Source of the DNA: the human T2T-CHM13v2.0 reference genome, Homo sapiens | DNA length: 64,000 bases | Assembly (NCBI RefSeq): GCF_009914755.1 | Contig: NC_060942.1 | Reading direction: 5' to 3' (one strand) | In this document: positions 20,805-35,099 of the stretch, one piece after another | Layout: the number at the start of each line of letters is the position of its first letter | How positions within the stretch are numbered: position 1 is the stretch's first letter | Notes under the pieces: generated by a model | Databases searched by the model: none | What the model was told of the DNA's origin: nothing | What the model saw: the letters and a program-made list of their open reading frames with translations, nothing else | Program-made: the position numbers and the translations under genes

Positions 20805-21907
20805 AGATGCAAAGCCATCCTTCTCTCTCTTGGGAAGAAATGTCCACAAATGCACAGGTTTTGAGATAACTGAAGTGTGCACACCGAAGAACCAAAACTT
20901 GAAAACATGCAAGGGTCCAAACGGGACTGCCTAGCCTTTCTAAACATGAGATTCTCAACATAATTCAACCTTTCATTTATTGTTCAGGGTCATTACCATA
21001 AATATTATTTATTGTGCTCTGCAGTCATACTGTGATTTTCTCAGCAGCACTGTGCCTTTTCCTCTCAATTGCTAAAATATTTAGTTTCTGCATCTGCTTT
21101 TCATCATCTTTCCATCTCGCTATAACTGTCAGATTCTTCGTTGTCATTTCATAAGGGGACAGCTTGCAGAAGCAGTCTCTCCCACACCTACAACAGACAT
21201 ATACATCTTTGGAAGGGCCAGGAGACTAGATGGCCACGTTGGCCAGAGCTGTATCAGAGTAAGATGCATGTTGCTAAGGTAGAGAACAACCAGTTCCTGT
21301 TATATTCGTGCTGGGAGATCTGAGGCCTTTTCTTACTTGCTCCCTGGATCCCTAGAAAGTTCAAGTTGTAAGTAAAGAAACACAGTTCAGAATGGAGATG
21401 GCAGGAAAGCTCTGAAACAGTGTCAGTATAATCTCTTCTTTGTGATCAGCAATTTAGTTTCAGCACACCAGCATCATTCATCACATTAGATTAATGCCAC
21501 TAATTTGAATTTTATTGGTTTTGTAGTTTTTATTATATTCGGTTTAGACATTTGTTTTGGCTTTATAGCTGTATATGAACTTTTGCGTATTTAAGTAGCA
21601 TTATAATAATAAAATCCACAATGGGGATCCATAAGAATTTTTCTCAGTTCTGCCTTGCAAAACCTTCCTTGGTTTGTACCAGCACCTGACATTTGGCCTG
21701 CTCTCATTGGGGAACCTGTCCTTTGACTCAGTTCTTGACTAGTAGTTGTTACTGTTTGGTGTAAAATGTCTGGCAATAAACACTGTTGCCCAAGAAGGTA
21801 CTGATGTCCGGCAGGGGAACTAGGTTATAAAGCTATCAAGGGGTCACCCAGGGCATCTCGAATATACGGACACTCATCTTTTTATGCTATCAAAATATCC
21901 ATGAATC

Positions 21908-22720
21908 TTTTTTAAAAATTAAACTTATTGAGATAATTGTGGATTCACATGCCATTGGAAGAAATAATAGAGAGATCCCATGTACGCTTCACCCAGTTTC
22001 CCCAATGGTAACATCTTGTAAAATCTATAGTAACATCACAAACAGGAAATCGACATTGATACAATCCACTCATCTTAATCAGATTTTACATGCACTCACT
22101 TGTTTGTGTTTATTTTTGTGTGTTATTTTGTGTTTAGTTCTATGCACTTTTATCACATACGTAGGTTCATATATACACCACCACAGCCAAGGTACAGACC
22201 AATTCCATCACCACAGGGATGCCTGGAGCTGCCCTTCTTTAGCCACACACCCCTCCCTCACGTGCCGCACACACACCTCAAACCCCTGGCAATCACTCTA
22301 TGTTCTCCATCCCTATAGTTTTGTCATTTCAAAAATGTTATATCTATGGAATCATACAGTATGCAACCTTTTAGGACTGGCTGTTTGTACTCAGCATAAT
22401 TCCCTTAACATCCACCCATATTGTTGCATCAATGTTTGCTCCTTTCACTGCTGAGCAGAATTCCATGGCGGGCATGCATGTACTGCAGTGTCTTTAACCA
22501 TTTACCCATGGAAGCACATCTGGATTGTTTCCAGAGCTGGGCTATTATAGAGCTGCTATGAGCATCTGTGGACAGATTTTTGTTTGAATGTAAGTTTTCA
22601 TTTCTCTGGGAAAAAAAAAATTCCAAGAGTGAGAATGCTAGGTTATAAGATAATTGTATGTTTAGTTTTAAAAGAAACTTCCAAACCTTCTCAGAGTACC
22701 CCTAGCATTTTACTCAGCAT
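21908..22720 (-). mobile_element. Old L1MC/MD 3'UTR fragment
   Basis: GAAATAATAGAGAGATCCCATGTAC...GGAATCATACAGTATG...GGATTGTTTCCAG antisense L1 3' end text. Confidence 0.8.
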
Positions 22721-22751
22721 AACATTTTAGAATTATCTTAAAGAATGTGTG

Positions 22752-23082
<331 letters not shown>

Positions 23083-24789
23083 TCACTTAGTGAGTAACAC
23101 CAGATAACTAAAATATCGGCAAGGTGTTCTTGAAGATATAAGAAGGGAAATGGCTTGTACTGGGGGAAAAATAATTTTTTGATCGTAATGAGTAGATACT
23201 GAAAAAACTTGTAAGAGTTTCAATTAGTTTTCTGTCTCCCAAATGGTGGAAGCTTGAGTTTTGGAGACAGTGTCCCTCGTTGCGGGGGAAACATTCTAAA
23301 TGGCCTTTTGTCTATTTGAATATAAACCAAGTCCCCACTTCCTCGGGTCTCAAGGTCAACCTACCTCTAGAAGTAGATCTGCAGCAAAGAAGCTGGAGGT
23401 AGGTTGATGCTGTACATAGAAGGTGCCTTGTGGCTGACCTAGGTAGGGCTTGAAGCTCTAGTTTCAGGTCCCTCACCTGTACAGGTCACTTCCTAGACCC
23501 TGGAAACACGGTCATAAATTTCCATAAGCTTTCTAAAAGTAAGATATTTTAACCGCAATTGAGTAAGACACTGCCTAACTCTACACCAGCCTTCCCTATC
23601 TATGTCACATTACCTGAAGGCCAGATGATGGTGGAATGGTCACAAGCATTTAGGGGATGCAGTAAGAGAAATAAAGTTGGGGACACATGTAGTTTGGGTT
23701 TAATGAGATCTTCTACATGGTTTGCAGTTACTTCCATATGCAGTTACTGCCAGCTGCCCTGATGCAAGAACATCTTCCAGGAATGTCCTGCCACCCTCTG
23801 AGCCAAGTCCCCTGGCCTGCCCCTGAGCATTGAGGGCCAGTGGTCAGATTGTAACATGAACATATCTTGGGGCCCCCAGCAACAGAAGTATGTGGGTAGG
23901 AGGAGAAACAGGTTTGAAATGCACAGAGGCAGAAGCTGATCTTTGGAAAATTCCTTGAATCATCAAGATGAGTAAAATTATAAGCAGAAAATTCAGATCT
24001 CATCAACCCTATTCAGAATGGAAGTTCTTCCTTGTCAGTAATAGTTTCGATAATGAAGCTTATACAATTATAAATGCACCACACTCTTCCCATTTTTGGT
24101 GAAATAAACTTGTCAGAATTTCTGTGTTTGTGTGACATGACTTGGAAAATACTACCAACACCAAGTAAGTCTATGTGGGAGTTGCATGTTTATATCCCAA
24201 CACATCAGATCACATTTTAACATATTTGAAACATCTTGTTCTGATGAAGTCTGGTGGTTCCAGGTGAAATAAATTTTTATCATTCTTGTAAAGGAAAATA
24301 TGCTAATTAAAAATATGTTAAATAGAAAGCATTATCTTTCTATTCTGTCTATAGAATCTGATAGATAATCAAAGAGTATGCAGCTAAAAAAATAGGAGAA
24401 AACATAGAAGCTATGACTTAATTAAAATAATAGGCTATTTTCCTAGATTTAGTGCTATTTAAGGTATTTTTCAGCTTTTAAAAATTTGCCGTTTGGGTAG
24501 GTTTTTCTTCTCATTCTATATAAATACTTTCATAACTAATTTTGTATTCATAATTCTGCAATCTGCCCCTCTCTGAAGACCACCTCTTTGGAAAAGCATG
24601 AGTGTTTTCTGGGTGGACTCAGACTGACCTACCTCTGCCTGTGAAGTGTCACTTTTCATTGTCTATTTGGGTGGTTGTTTTCCAGAGGTCCACAGTGAAA
24701 GTTCAGATTGTGAGAAACACAGTCACAGATTTCTCCCTTCACCCTGCCAGCAGAGGAGGCTGTTCCTCAGTCTAGAGCTTATCAGACTG

Positions 24790-25065
24790 TTCAGGGCAGA
24801 GTAATCCTGACATTTTTTCAGTTTCTGGAAGCCACCTGCTTCCTTAGCTTGTGACTGTGTCACTCTGATCTCTGCTTCCATTGTCATATTCCCTCGACAC
24901 TGACTCCTCTGCTTCCCTCTTACATGACACTTGGGATTATACCTGGATACTCCAGGATTAGCCACCTGCCTGTCATTTCAAGATCCTTTTGCCATATAAG
25001 GGAATATACAGGTGCCGGGGATTCATATGTGGACATTTTTGGGGGCCATTATTCTTTCTATTACA
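24790..25065 (-). mobile_element. MLT1 (C/D-like) LTR fragment
   Basis: CTCTGCTTCCATTGTCATATT...CCTTTTGCCATATAAG...GGACATTTTTGGGGGCCATTATTC. Confidence 0.7.
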
Positions 25066-25397
25066 ACCCTCAACTTGCTGTGTGATCCTGAACAAGCCAT
25101 CCACCTCTCTGAGCCTGTCTCATCTTGCGTATCATGAAGAATTGAACTAAATTATGTCTTTCAGCTCCAAAATGAAAGACATAATTTCATTGGGTTATGT
25201 GGTTCTGTGACCTAGGGTTCACCAGCATACATTGGTGAGATGGGAACTCAGGCCAAGTGCCATCTCTCTGGTTATGACTGAGACTGTCCCTGTGGAAGCA
25301 AAATAGCATGGGGCTGACACCAGGACCTGTGGCTTCTCAAGGTGTTTCCCTATTCAAACTAGCCTGGTATATTAGATTTTGTTTTACTTGCTATCTC

Positions 25398-25696
25398 TTT
25401 TTATTATTTATTTACTTTTTTGAGACAGTGTCTCACTCTGTCACCCAGGCTGGAGTACAGTGGCACAATCTTGGCTCACTGCAACTTCTGCCTCCTGCAT
25501 TCAAGAGATTCACCCTTCCTCTGCCTCCCCAGTAGCTGGGACTGCAGGCACCCACCACCATGCCCAGCTAATTTTTTGTATTTTTAGTAGAGATGGGGTT
25601 TCACCATGTTGGTCTCGAACTCCTGACCTCAAGTGATCCTCCCACCTCGGCCTCCCAGAGTGTTGGGATTACAGGCGTGAGCCACCGCACCCGGCC
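25398..25696 (-). mobile_element. Alu (AluS-like)
   Basis: Canonical antisense Alu; flanks TTTT(A/G)CTTGCT(A/G)TCT. Confidence 0.9.
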
Positions 25697-26574
25697 TGTT
25701 TTGCTTGCTGTCTTGAATAAAGCTGTCTCATGAAGCAAAGGTAATGACTCTTTGGTGGTCTTCATGGATTTGGATTTGCAAATTCAGTCCTTAAAATGTT
25801 TATTTTCCCTTAGTTGCTTTATTTAACTAACATAACACGTTGCTATTTCCTACAACCTCTGCCTGCAGTCACACTCAGTAGGATTGCTCTTTTACCTCCT
25901 CCCTCAATGACATTCTGATAGAGCTTGGACCCTACCATGTCACAGCCTTGACCTCACATCCAGCAAAGTTTCCTCCTCCTCGCCCGTCTGGCCAGAGAGC
26001 TGGGGGTCAGGAGTGCAGAGGGGCCTGCTTGGAGGGCCAGCTCCCCCTTCCCGCCTTCCCTCCTCTGGGTCTCCACTCCTCAGCAGGGGTGGTACAGGGA
26101 GGCATGCAGAAGGATGGGCAAGAAGGAGCTGAACAAGCAGCCTCCCTTGCCCAATGCCTCAAGGTCAACCCTGCTAGCTGTTGATGTCCTGTGGGGAAGG
26201 GGGCACCCAAATGCTGTTGTGTCAAGGGGTGAGACAGGCTTCCTCAGAGGCCTGCAGGAACCACACCATCACTCCCTTCCCTCACCCGGGAACATGGCAG
26301 ACCTGCCCTACTCAGCCTTCTCCACTACCCCAGCTCCAGCCCCCAGCAGTTCCCACACCCCACATTCCTAGCTCAGCCAGTGACTCAATGACAGTTAAGC
26401 CAGGGAGCCACCACCATTTTGGCCACAGTGAAGGGCAGGCCTGTAGGCTGCTCCACTGCAGGTGGCCCTCTCCTTACTACACCAGCTCTCATAGGTTCCT
26501 ATCCCTCCACACAACAGGTGTGCTGCATATGCAGACAGTCAACCAGGGAATGACCTGCCAGTCACCTTTTCTGC

Positions 26575-28560
26575 CAATCATTCATTCACTCTGCAAACAT
26601 GTATCAATAACCCAGGATGAAGCAGGCACAGCTGGAGGCACTGAGAATATCACGAAGACATAAAACTCCTGCCCTCATGGAACTTACAAATAAACAAATC
26701 ACATGTTAGAGGAGAGGGGAGAGGGGACTGATCAAGGTAAGAGGGTGAAGGGTGCCAGTGGCATGGGGAATTTAAATGGACTGGTCAGAGAAAGTGACGT
26801 TTCAGCAAAGACTTGAAGAGGGTGAGGAAGCAGGCCCTGCAGATATCTTGGGGAAGGTGCCAGGCAGAGGGAGCTGGTACAAGGCCCTGAGCAGGGACTT
26901 ACGCATGATGTCAAAAGAACAGGGAGGAGGCCAGGGTGGCTGGGGCTGAGTGGACAAGGGCAAGCAGTCAGAGGTGAGGTTGCAGAGGTGAGTGGGGAGG
27001 GCAAGTGAGAAAGGCCAGAGAGGCTACTGTAAGGTCTCAGGAACTTACTCTGAATTCAAGAGAAGACACTGCAGGAAGTGGGCAGGAAAGTGATCTATCA
27101 TCTGGCTTTTAATAGAACCCCTCTAGCTGCTCTATGGACAGCAGACTACAGTGAAGCAAAGGCAGAGGCCGAGAGACCAGTCTGGAGGCTGTGAGTGAGC
27201 CAGGCCAGGGGTGATGGGGGCTTGGACTAGCAAGGTAGCCATGGAGATGGTGAGAAGTGGTCAAGTCTTGATGTATTTTGGAGTAGAACTAACAGAATTT
27301 CCTGATTTGATGAGAAGTGTGAGAGAATGAGAGAAGTCAAGTTTTTTTTCCCCCTGAGCACCAGGAAAGATGGAATTGCCATTAACTGAGATGGGAGGAG
27401 GAGCAGGCTGGGTGGGGGAGAAGGAGATCACACTAGTTTGGACATGTTCAGTTTGATGTGTCTGTTAGGCATTCAGTGGTAACAGCAGGGAGGCAGTGGA
27501 CTTCAGAGGAGAAGGCCAGACAAGATGTATAAAGTGTATAAAGTGAACAGCTGTCAGCATCTAAATGATATTGAGAGCCACGAGATATGGGAGAAAAATA
27601 GAGCCCAGAAATAGATCCACATAATGTAGTCAACCGATCTTTGGCAAAGACAAATTAAGTAGAGAAAGAATCGTCTTTTAAACAAATGGTGCTGAGACAA
27701 CTGGATGTCCACATACAAAAAGTGAAACAGACATAGAACTCTACACTTTTCACAAAAAAGCAACTCAAAATGGATTATGGACTGAAATGTTAAATATAAA
27801 GCCATAAAACTTGTAGAAGAAAATATAAGATTAAATATATGTGACCTTGGGTTTAGTGTTGAGTTTTTAGATGCAATGCCAAATGCACGATCCATAAAAG
27901 AAGAAAAAGGATAAGCTGAACTTTTAAAAAATAAAACCATGGGACTGGATAAGACCACTAAGGGAGGGAGTGCAGAGAGAGAAGAGAAACAGTCCAAGGA
28001 CAGATGCTCTAACATTTCCAGCATCTCCATAAACAACTCTCTTGAACTCCCTTCATTTTAAGAGAGTTGGGATAGGCTTGGAGATACAAATTTGGAAGTC
28101 AGCATAGAGAGTATTTAAAGTTCCCACCACCCTGTATGAGATAACCTGGAGGGTGTTCCAGGCAGAGGAGAAGAGAAGTATAGAATCAAGCATTGGAAAT
28201 CTCCACCCTGAAGTGGTTGATAATGATGAGTGGTAGCCAACGTGGCAAAATGAAGAGGAACAGCAGTGAGGCAGCTGAGCCAAGAGACAGTGCTGTTCCA
28301 GAGGCCAGGGGAAAAAGTACTTCAGGAAGGAAAGAGTGATCAACATGTCAAATACAACTGATAAACCATGGAAGGCTGAGGATTAACTGTTGGACTGGCC
28401 ACATGTGGTCACTGGCAGCAATGCTGTGGCCTGTTTTGGTGGAGTGACAGATGCAAAGCCCTGCCTCAAGGGAATTAAAGATATGGGGACAGCTACCTTA
28501 GACAGCTATCTTATTTCATCAGATAATTTTCTGAAAAGGGAATCAGAAATAATGGGCAGT
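26575..28560 (-). mobile_element. L2 fragment, interrupted by a plus-strand old L1 piece (~27590-27935)
   Basis: CATTCATTCA tail, CCTGCCCTCATGGAACTTACA, AGACTTGAAGAGG, TTTGGACATGTTCAGTTTGA L2 antisense text; L1 ORF2 text AACAAATGGTGCTGAGACAACTGG inside. Confidence 0.75.
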
Positions 28561-29414
28561 ATTTGGAGGAGAAGCCCTATCAAAGAGAGGGCTTTTGTAA
28601 ATGGAAGAAATTGCAGCAAACTTGCATCTGACACAAATGGTCCAGTAGACAGGGGAAACTTGACAATACAGAAGGGAAAGATGAGAATTGCAGGAGGAGA
28701 GGGTCCTGCAGAGAAAGGAGACAGTGGTCCACACTCAACCATCTAATACTACAGGAAATAAGATTCAAGTATATCTGGGAGGTTCTGAGGAGTTCAAACA
28801 TTGGGCCAACTTTCTCACGAAGTCTGCTGTGTAATAGCAGCTCATATTCTGAGCAGCACCCAAGGGTACAAGTTAAATCAATGACATGGAATTTCAGAGG
28901 ACAAGAAAATGGTAAGCAAATAAAAAATCTAGGCACTTATTCTACTTTCTCAAAGGCAGCTCTACAATTATCTAGCAATGTACAAGTTTGGACCTTCAAG
29001 TCAGTTAATGAGTTTCACTAATCTTTCACAGAATATATATTAAAAGATGATAAGCATTAGGTGATTGTATCTCTTAACACATGAAACTTGTTAAGCCTAA
29101 TACATTTTTTTCTTTTATGGGAACATCAGCTTATGCAAAAATAGTTAAGTTTTCTGTGTTTTGCTTCACTCCAGGTGCAGGGCAGAAGCTGTGTTTGCAA
29201 AACATCTTCTGTTTCATCAGCATATAAAACTGTACACAGAACACAGAGTAGTAGCTGCCTAGGTCTCAGGGGTAAAATAGGGGTGTCAATGTAAATGGGC
29301 AAGATATTTCTTTTTGGGATGATGGAAGTGTTCTACAATTAGATTGTGTAGTATATTTACAACTCTTTAAATATACTAAAAATCATTGCATTGTACACTT
29401 AAAACAGGTGAATG

Positions 29415-29755
<341 letters not shown>

Positions 29756-30779
29756 TCAAAACTGTTTCAGAGAAGACATGGGTGCTCCAGGAGGACGTTG
29801 CTACCCTCCAGCTCCAGGATATCTTGCTCACTTCTCAGAAGCCAGAGCTTGCCTTTAGTGCTGCTGGATCTGGAAACTCCGAAGCCACCTGCAGAAGTCA
29901 AGGCTCTGTCCAGTGGCAGCTAAGAATTCCACAAATTCAACAAGGTCTAGCCCCCAATATGTTTGTGTGGTGATTTGATTCATCATTATGTGATCAGTAA
30001 TCCACAAAAATTTATATCAGCCAGTGAGGAGTGCAGTGCCTGGTATTCTGTGCTAAGCAGTAGCAGTCTTCAGAGATGAACACATGGAGTGCATGTGGTA
30101 GAACCAACACTTGCTCATCCAACCAAATTTTCCACTTTCACCTTGTTCCATTTACACAAAGATTTCCATTTTCTCCTTGAAGTCTAGCTTAGTGTTTGGG
30201 CTTGCTCCTGACTGTCCCCAGGACTCTGAATTTCTGTCCCCATCCCCTGCTTTGATGGAGTTCTCCTACACAATGATAATCCACCATGCACCTCAGCATG
30301 GTCCTTTTTAGAAAACTGTCCTGAATTGGCATGGGCTCGCTCAGAACATGATGATGTTGCTGAGCTACTAAAGGGAAGAAGTGAGTAAGCCTTGGCTGGA
30401 ACTTTTACTACTGACCTAACCCCTCAAATCCCACAACTGTGGCTGCCTTGAGCAGGACAGAGGTTCAGCGATAGCCTGAATATATGGGATAATTTGGCTG
30501 GTAGATGACAGCTTTTTCTAGGATTTCTAGGTGGGTTTTGTCTCCCACTGGTTCAAGGCTGTGGGTCTCCTGTCTTGTCCTCAAATCTGCCTCTGCCACT
30601 GGCCTCTCTTTGACTGTTCTCATACTACTTATATCCTCATTCCTCAGGCACCCATTGTCCATCCCCTGATCACTGGCATCTCAGACCACTCTCATCAATA
30701 CAAATACTTCCTTCTTTTTAATCTGAGCAGTAGGGAGCAGAGACTCAAATCCTGGCTTCTTCTCCTATTTACTGGGTAC

Positions 30780-31513
30780 TGTCGACAAAGAGTCAAACTC
30801 TGTAAAATATTTGAAGAGATTTATTCTGAGCCAAATGTGAGCGACCATGGCCCATGACACAGCCCTTAGGAGGTCCTGAGAACATGTCTCCAAGGTGGTC
30901 GGGGTGCAGCTTGGTTTTATACATTTTACAGAGGCATGAGACAGAATCAAATACATTTAAGAAATGCACTAGTTTGGTCCAGAAAGGTGGCACAACTCAA
31001 AGTGGGGGCTTCCAGGCTATAGGTGAATTTAAACATTTTCTGTTGACAACTGGTTGAGTTTGTCCAAAGACCTGGGATCCACAGAAAGGGAATGTTCAGG
31101 TCAAGATAAAAGACTGTGGAGGCCAAAGTTCTTTGAAGTGTCACAGTGGTTGCCCTTAGAGACAAAAGATGACAAATGTTTTCTATACAGGTATTAGTTA
31201 ATCTCTTTAGGATTGGGAAGGTCTAGAAGAAAGAAATCTGGCTATGTTAATAGAGATTCTTTACAGACGCAAATTTTCCCCCATAAAGAACAGCTTCGCA
31301 GGGCCATTCCAAGAAACATGTGTTGGGGTAAAGTATTTGATTTTCTTCCTTGTCTCATAATGTTATGCCAGAGTCAAATTGGAAAGTAAGTTACGATATA
31401 CAGGGTTAAATAAAACCCATCTGATGAGAATTTATTATTTGTATGGCATGACTCCCCAGACCCCTTAGATAGATAGGAATTTGGGCAAGATAAAAATCAG
31501 AGTTTAGTCCTCA
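30780..31513 (-). mobile_element. MER4-family (MER4D/E-like) ERV1 solo LTR
   Basis: Minus strand begins TGAGGACTAAACTCTGATTTTTATCTTGCCCAAATTCC and ends GAGTTTGACTCTTTGTCGACA; 4-bp TSD GTAC at 30776-30779 and 31514-31517. Confidence 0.9.
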
Positions 31514-32567
31514 GTACCTTGGGCAGTCACCCTGGGCACCACTCTGTGATTCAGTTTCACCATCTGCTGTGAGAATTAAGTGGCTAAAGCAAAGTGAAGA
31601 GTTTGTTAGCACAGTCAGGTGCCTGGCAGTAAGTGCACAGTCCTTGCTAGCGCTTCCTGTGGTCAGTGAACCAAGCCATCCTGCTGCAATGCCTCTGGGG
31701 GTGCTTCAGGTTTGGGGCACTTTCCAGCTGCCTTCAGTGTTGTTTGTGGCTCAAGGGTTGGCATTTTACCAGCAGGGACCTCCTTCTCTTCTCTTTTGTG
31801 CTGTAGAAGTTTTAGATTGCTGGGCAGTCAACTCTCAATAATAAACTTGATTTCTATTAGTTGTTTGCACTTATACTAATGTAAACCACTTTCTAAGCTT
31901 TGTCAGATAGCAGAGCAGCCTGAACTCCTGCTGGCAGCTACTGCAGCTTTCCTCTGTGGCTTTCCTCACCCGTGTTCTGTTGCCACCCCTCCTTGGCTCT
32001 CTGTCCCCTGACAGAGCAGAGAGAAGAGCTGTGTACCAAGCATTCACATTTGTCAGCGCAAAGCCCTTGTCCTCTGTAGGGAGTCATTTCCCTTCCCAGC
32101 CCTAATTCTTTGCCCTTTTAAACCGGAGCTATTATTACTTCTAATTTGCACTGAATGGTCCCTTAGCAGCCATCACACACTGAACTTGATACTAACTTGC
32201 TTCCAATACTGCTAGATTTACCAGAATCTTAGCTCTTCCGGAACACAACTTAAAATGTGATAAACAGAAATGTAAACAGCTTTCATCATATCAACAGATG
32301 TAGATATACTCCTTTGCAGAATAGTTGCACTACAGCCAAGTTGACTAGATAGCACATTTTAGATTAATCTTAGTTTTTCCTTGCTATCAATAAAAACAAT
32401 CTCATAGATCTACTCCCCTTGAAACATTTTTGGACCCAAAACAGTGCCATTACTCTTAAGAATAAGGGAAAGATTTTAAATAATATACAGCATCTAAATA
32501 AGTAGGTAATTTCTTTAAACCTTTTAAAAACACATTTGGACTCCACCTTTTCTAGAAAAGATATAAA

Positions 32568-32745
32568 CAAGGATGGGCTGGTAAACTGGCTCCCTTGGGT
32601 TAGGGTAAGGTCTGTTTTGTAGCATTTGCCAATATCCATAGTGTAGGTATTCCCAGCATGGCTGATTTCAAACTATCAACTGTTAAAGAAGGGGCACACA
32701 AAATTCCTAAATATTTAACAAGTGCAAAGGTTCTAGCACACCTTT
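32568..32745. mobile_element. MER63-like hAT MITE
   Basis: GCTGGTAAA...TTTGTAGCATTTGCCAAT...CCCAGCATGGCTGATTTCAA...CTAGCACACC. Confidence 0.65.
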
Positions 32746-33699
32746 GGAAGCCAAATCTGAAAATATACATAAACTACATCAAGACACATAAAAAGTAGGT
32801 GAGAAAGAAGGAATGAAACAAGGGTAGGGGTATAAAATGGAGCCAGGAATTAGCAGATATAAAAATGCATACTGTAAAGCCCTGTAGACACGTTTAAATC
32901 CTTACATTTGGCTTTCAGAAGCTTCTAACACTGAAAGGAGAAGCTTACCTGGTTCACAGTGTTGTTAAGATAAAAATAAGTGGCATGCTGAGAAGTGCCA
33001 GTGTCCTGTTCTTCAAGTAGGCCACATTTCTCCTCCTGAGGGTCCCAGGAAAGCAAAGACTGTGTCACAAAGTGAATGTCCTCATCAACTCAGCCTGATG
33101 GTCTAGCCTTGAGATTGCAATTAGGTGAAAGCAATGCTACAGAATGCCAAGCCCACTCAGGGTACAGAGATCAACATTCCCACATTCCCAGCTTAATTCC
33201 TGGCAGGTGGAGCTGTGGATGTATGCCACCACCTTGGAGGAAACTTCTAAGCTTTTGCTGACACTCTGACTGTAGTAAGTTTGAAATTGCTCTTCCAGGC
33301 AGATTTCTGGACCTGAAACAAGTTTACCGACTATAGAACCCGACACATGTGTCCTAACTGACAATCAGCACACAGGAAAGAACAACAATCCCTCTGGAAA
33401 ACAGGTGTCCACCAGGAGCCACTTTCAAGGACTTGGCTCCCCTACTTGGAAGTAGAGTAGTTCCTGATGCAATATTCAAAGTGCATAAGGAAAGCAAATA
33501 CTAAACATCTAGGTTCTGATCTACATTGGCACAATGGTTTCATATGTCCTAAAGAAGAGGAGAATGACAGTTGTGCAACGAATTGAGAATTTCCTTAACT
33601 TTATGGGTCTCCTTCCCAAAGGTCCATAAAAGAGAAAAGGTCACCTCCCCATTCCCTGGCATTTGGAATTTGGTGAAAAAATTTTAGTTAAAAAAATTT

Positions 33700-35010
33700 T
33701 TAATTTTTAAATTTATTTATTTTTAAATTTAGTTTAAAAATTATTGAAGTATAACATACATGCAGAAAACTTCACAAATCATCATGAAAAGAGAACCAGA
33801 ACACCAGCACTCGATCAAGAAGCAGAATATTACCTGCCCCTAATTGTCCCTCCCCTCCAGTAACTATTCTGTAATCATTGACTTTTTTTTTAATCTATCT
33901 TTGAACTTTATGTTAATGAACACGTACAGTAAGTGATGTTTTGTTTCTGGTTTCTTTCACTCATCATTCTTGTGAGATTTATCCACATGGTTGCAAATAG
34001 GTACAGACAGTTCATTCTTGTTGCTACATAGAATTCCATTGTTTGAATGTATCATAAGACATGGACAGAAGGCAGGGAAATACTGTGTAGAAAAGGGCAG
34101 GGTCCCTGGCAAGGGCTCCACTCTAAAGTCTGGATCTGCCACCCTAAATGAGAATATGCATTTTGACCTGAATGCTACCTTTTCCAAAAACACCCTGGCC
34201 CACCACAGCCCCCACCCTGTACCCATAAAAACCCCAAGCTCCACTGGTGGAGGAACAGAGTAGTGCAGCAGAGGAGAGAAAGAAGAAGCATCCAAATGTT
34301 CTGAGTTTGGCTGGGGATGGTCAGGGATTATCTTCCCATTCCATTCCCTTTCCAGCTCCCCATCCCACTGAGAGCCACTTCGACTGCTCAATAAAATCCT
34401 CCACATACGCCACGCTTTAATCTGTTCACGTAAACCTGATTCTTCCTGGACTCCAGACAAGAATTCAGGATGCACTGGGTACGGGAACCCAAAAAGGCTG
34501 TCACGCTGACTCTTCACTGAGCTGTTTAACACTTAAGCCATTCACGGACGGAAGGGACGGAAGGCAGGGCTAAAAGAGCATTGTTTGTAACATATACCCT
34601 CTGGGCCTCCAGAAATTGTGGGCAACCCCTAGATGCTGCCACGGGCCAGTACAGAGCTCATTCCTGCTGGTACCCAAAGGTATTCTCCCAGCTCCTGCAC
34701 CTGCTCACCTGCATGCTCCCCCTCCTGCAAAGGGTTTGAGTATGGTGGCCGAGTAAATGAGCCACCCCTGTCGTAAGTCCTGTGTGGGGGTCAAGGGAAC
34801 TCTCCTGTCTCATATCCATTTTACTTACAATGAGAATTTGGATTGTTTGTGGTTTTTAGCTATTATGAATAAAGGTTTTATGGACATTCTAACCCATGTT
34901 CTTTGTAGGACATAGCAGTCATTCTCTGGGATATATACAGGAGGAAATCGCTGGATCATAGTATATGTTCTTGCTTTAGTAAATACTGCCATAAAGTTTT
35001 CTGGAGTGAT
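33700..35010 (-). mobile_element. Old L1M 3' end, split by a MER50 LTR
   Basis: TTATTGAAGTATAACATACA...GTGAGATTTATCCACATGG...TTTTTAGCTATTATGAATAAAG. Confidence 0.7.
34054..34812 (+). mobile_element. MER50-like ERV1 solo LTR
   Basis: GGACAGAAGGCAGGGAAATACTG...CTCAATAAAATCCTCC...GGGGTCAAGGGAACTCTCCTGTCTCA; TATC on both flanks. Confidence 0.85.
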
Positions 35011-35099
35011 TATACCAAAAAGATAACATTTTACCCATTTAAATTGGCAAAAGTCTTTTAGAGTATAGTGACCCAAGCTGGAGACATTGGGACAGATTT

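Noticed and set aside
21939-22454. 171-aa ORF with a hydrophobic stretch
   Set aside because: Antisense of an old L1 3'UTR, non-ATG start, hydrophobicity due to a TG-rich tract
30348-30364. ATGATGA followed by CTGA as a C/D box snoRNA
   Set aside because: Boxes are only a few bases apart and there is no terminal stem
33957-34532. 191-aa minus-strand ORF
   Set aside because: Antisense read-through of the MER50 LTR and adjacent L1; no protein-like features
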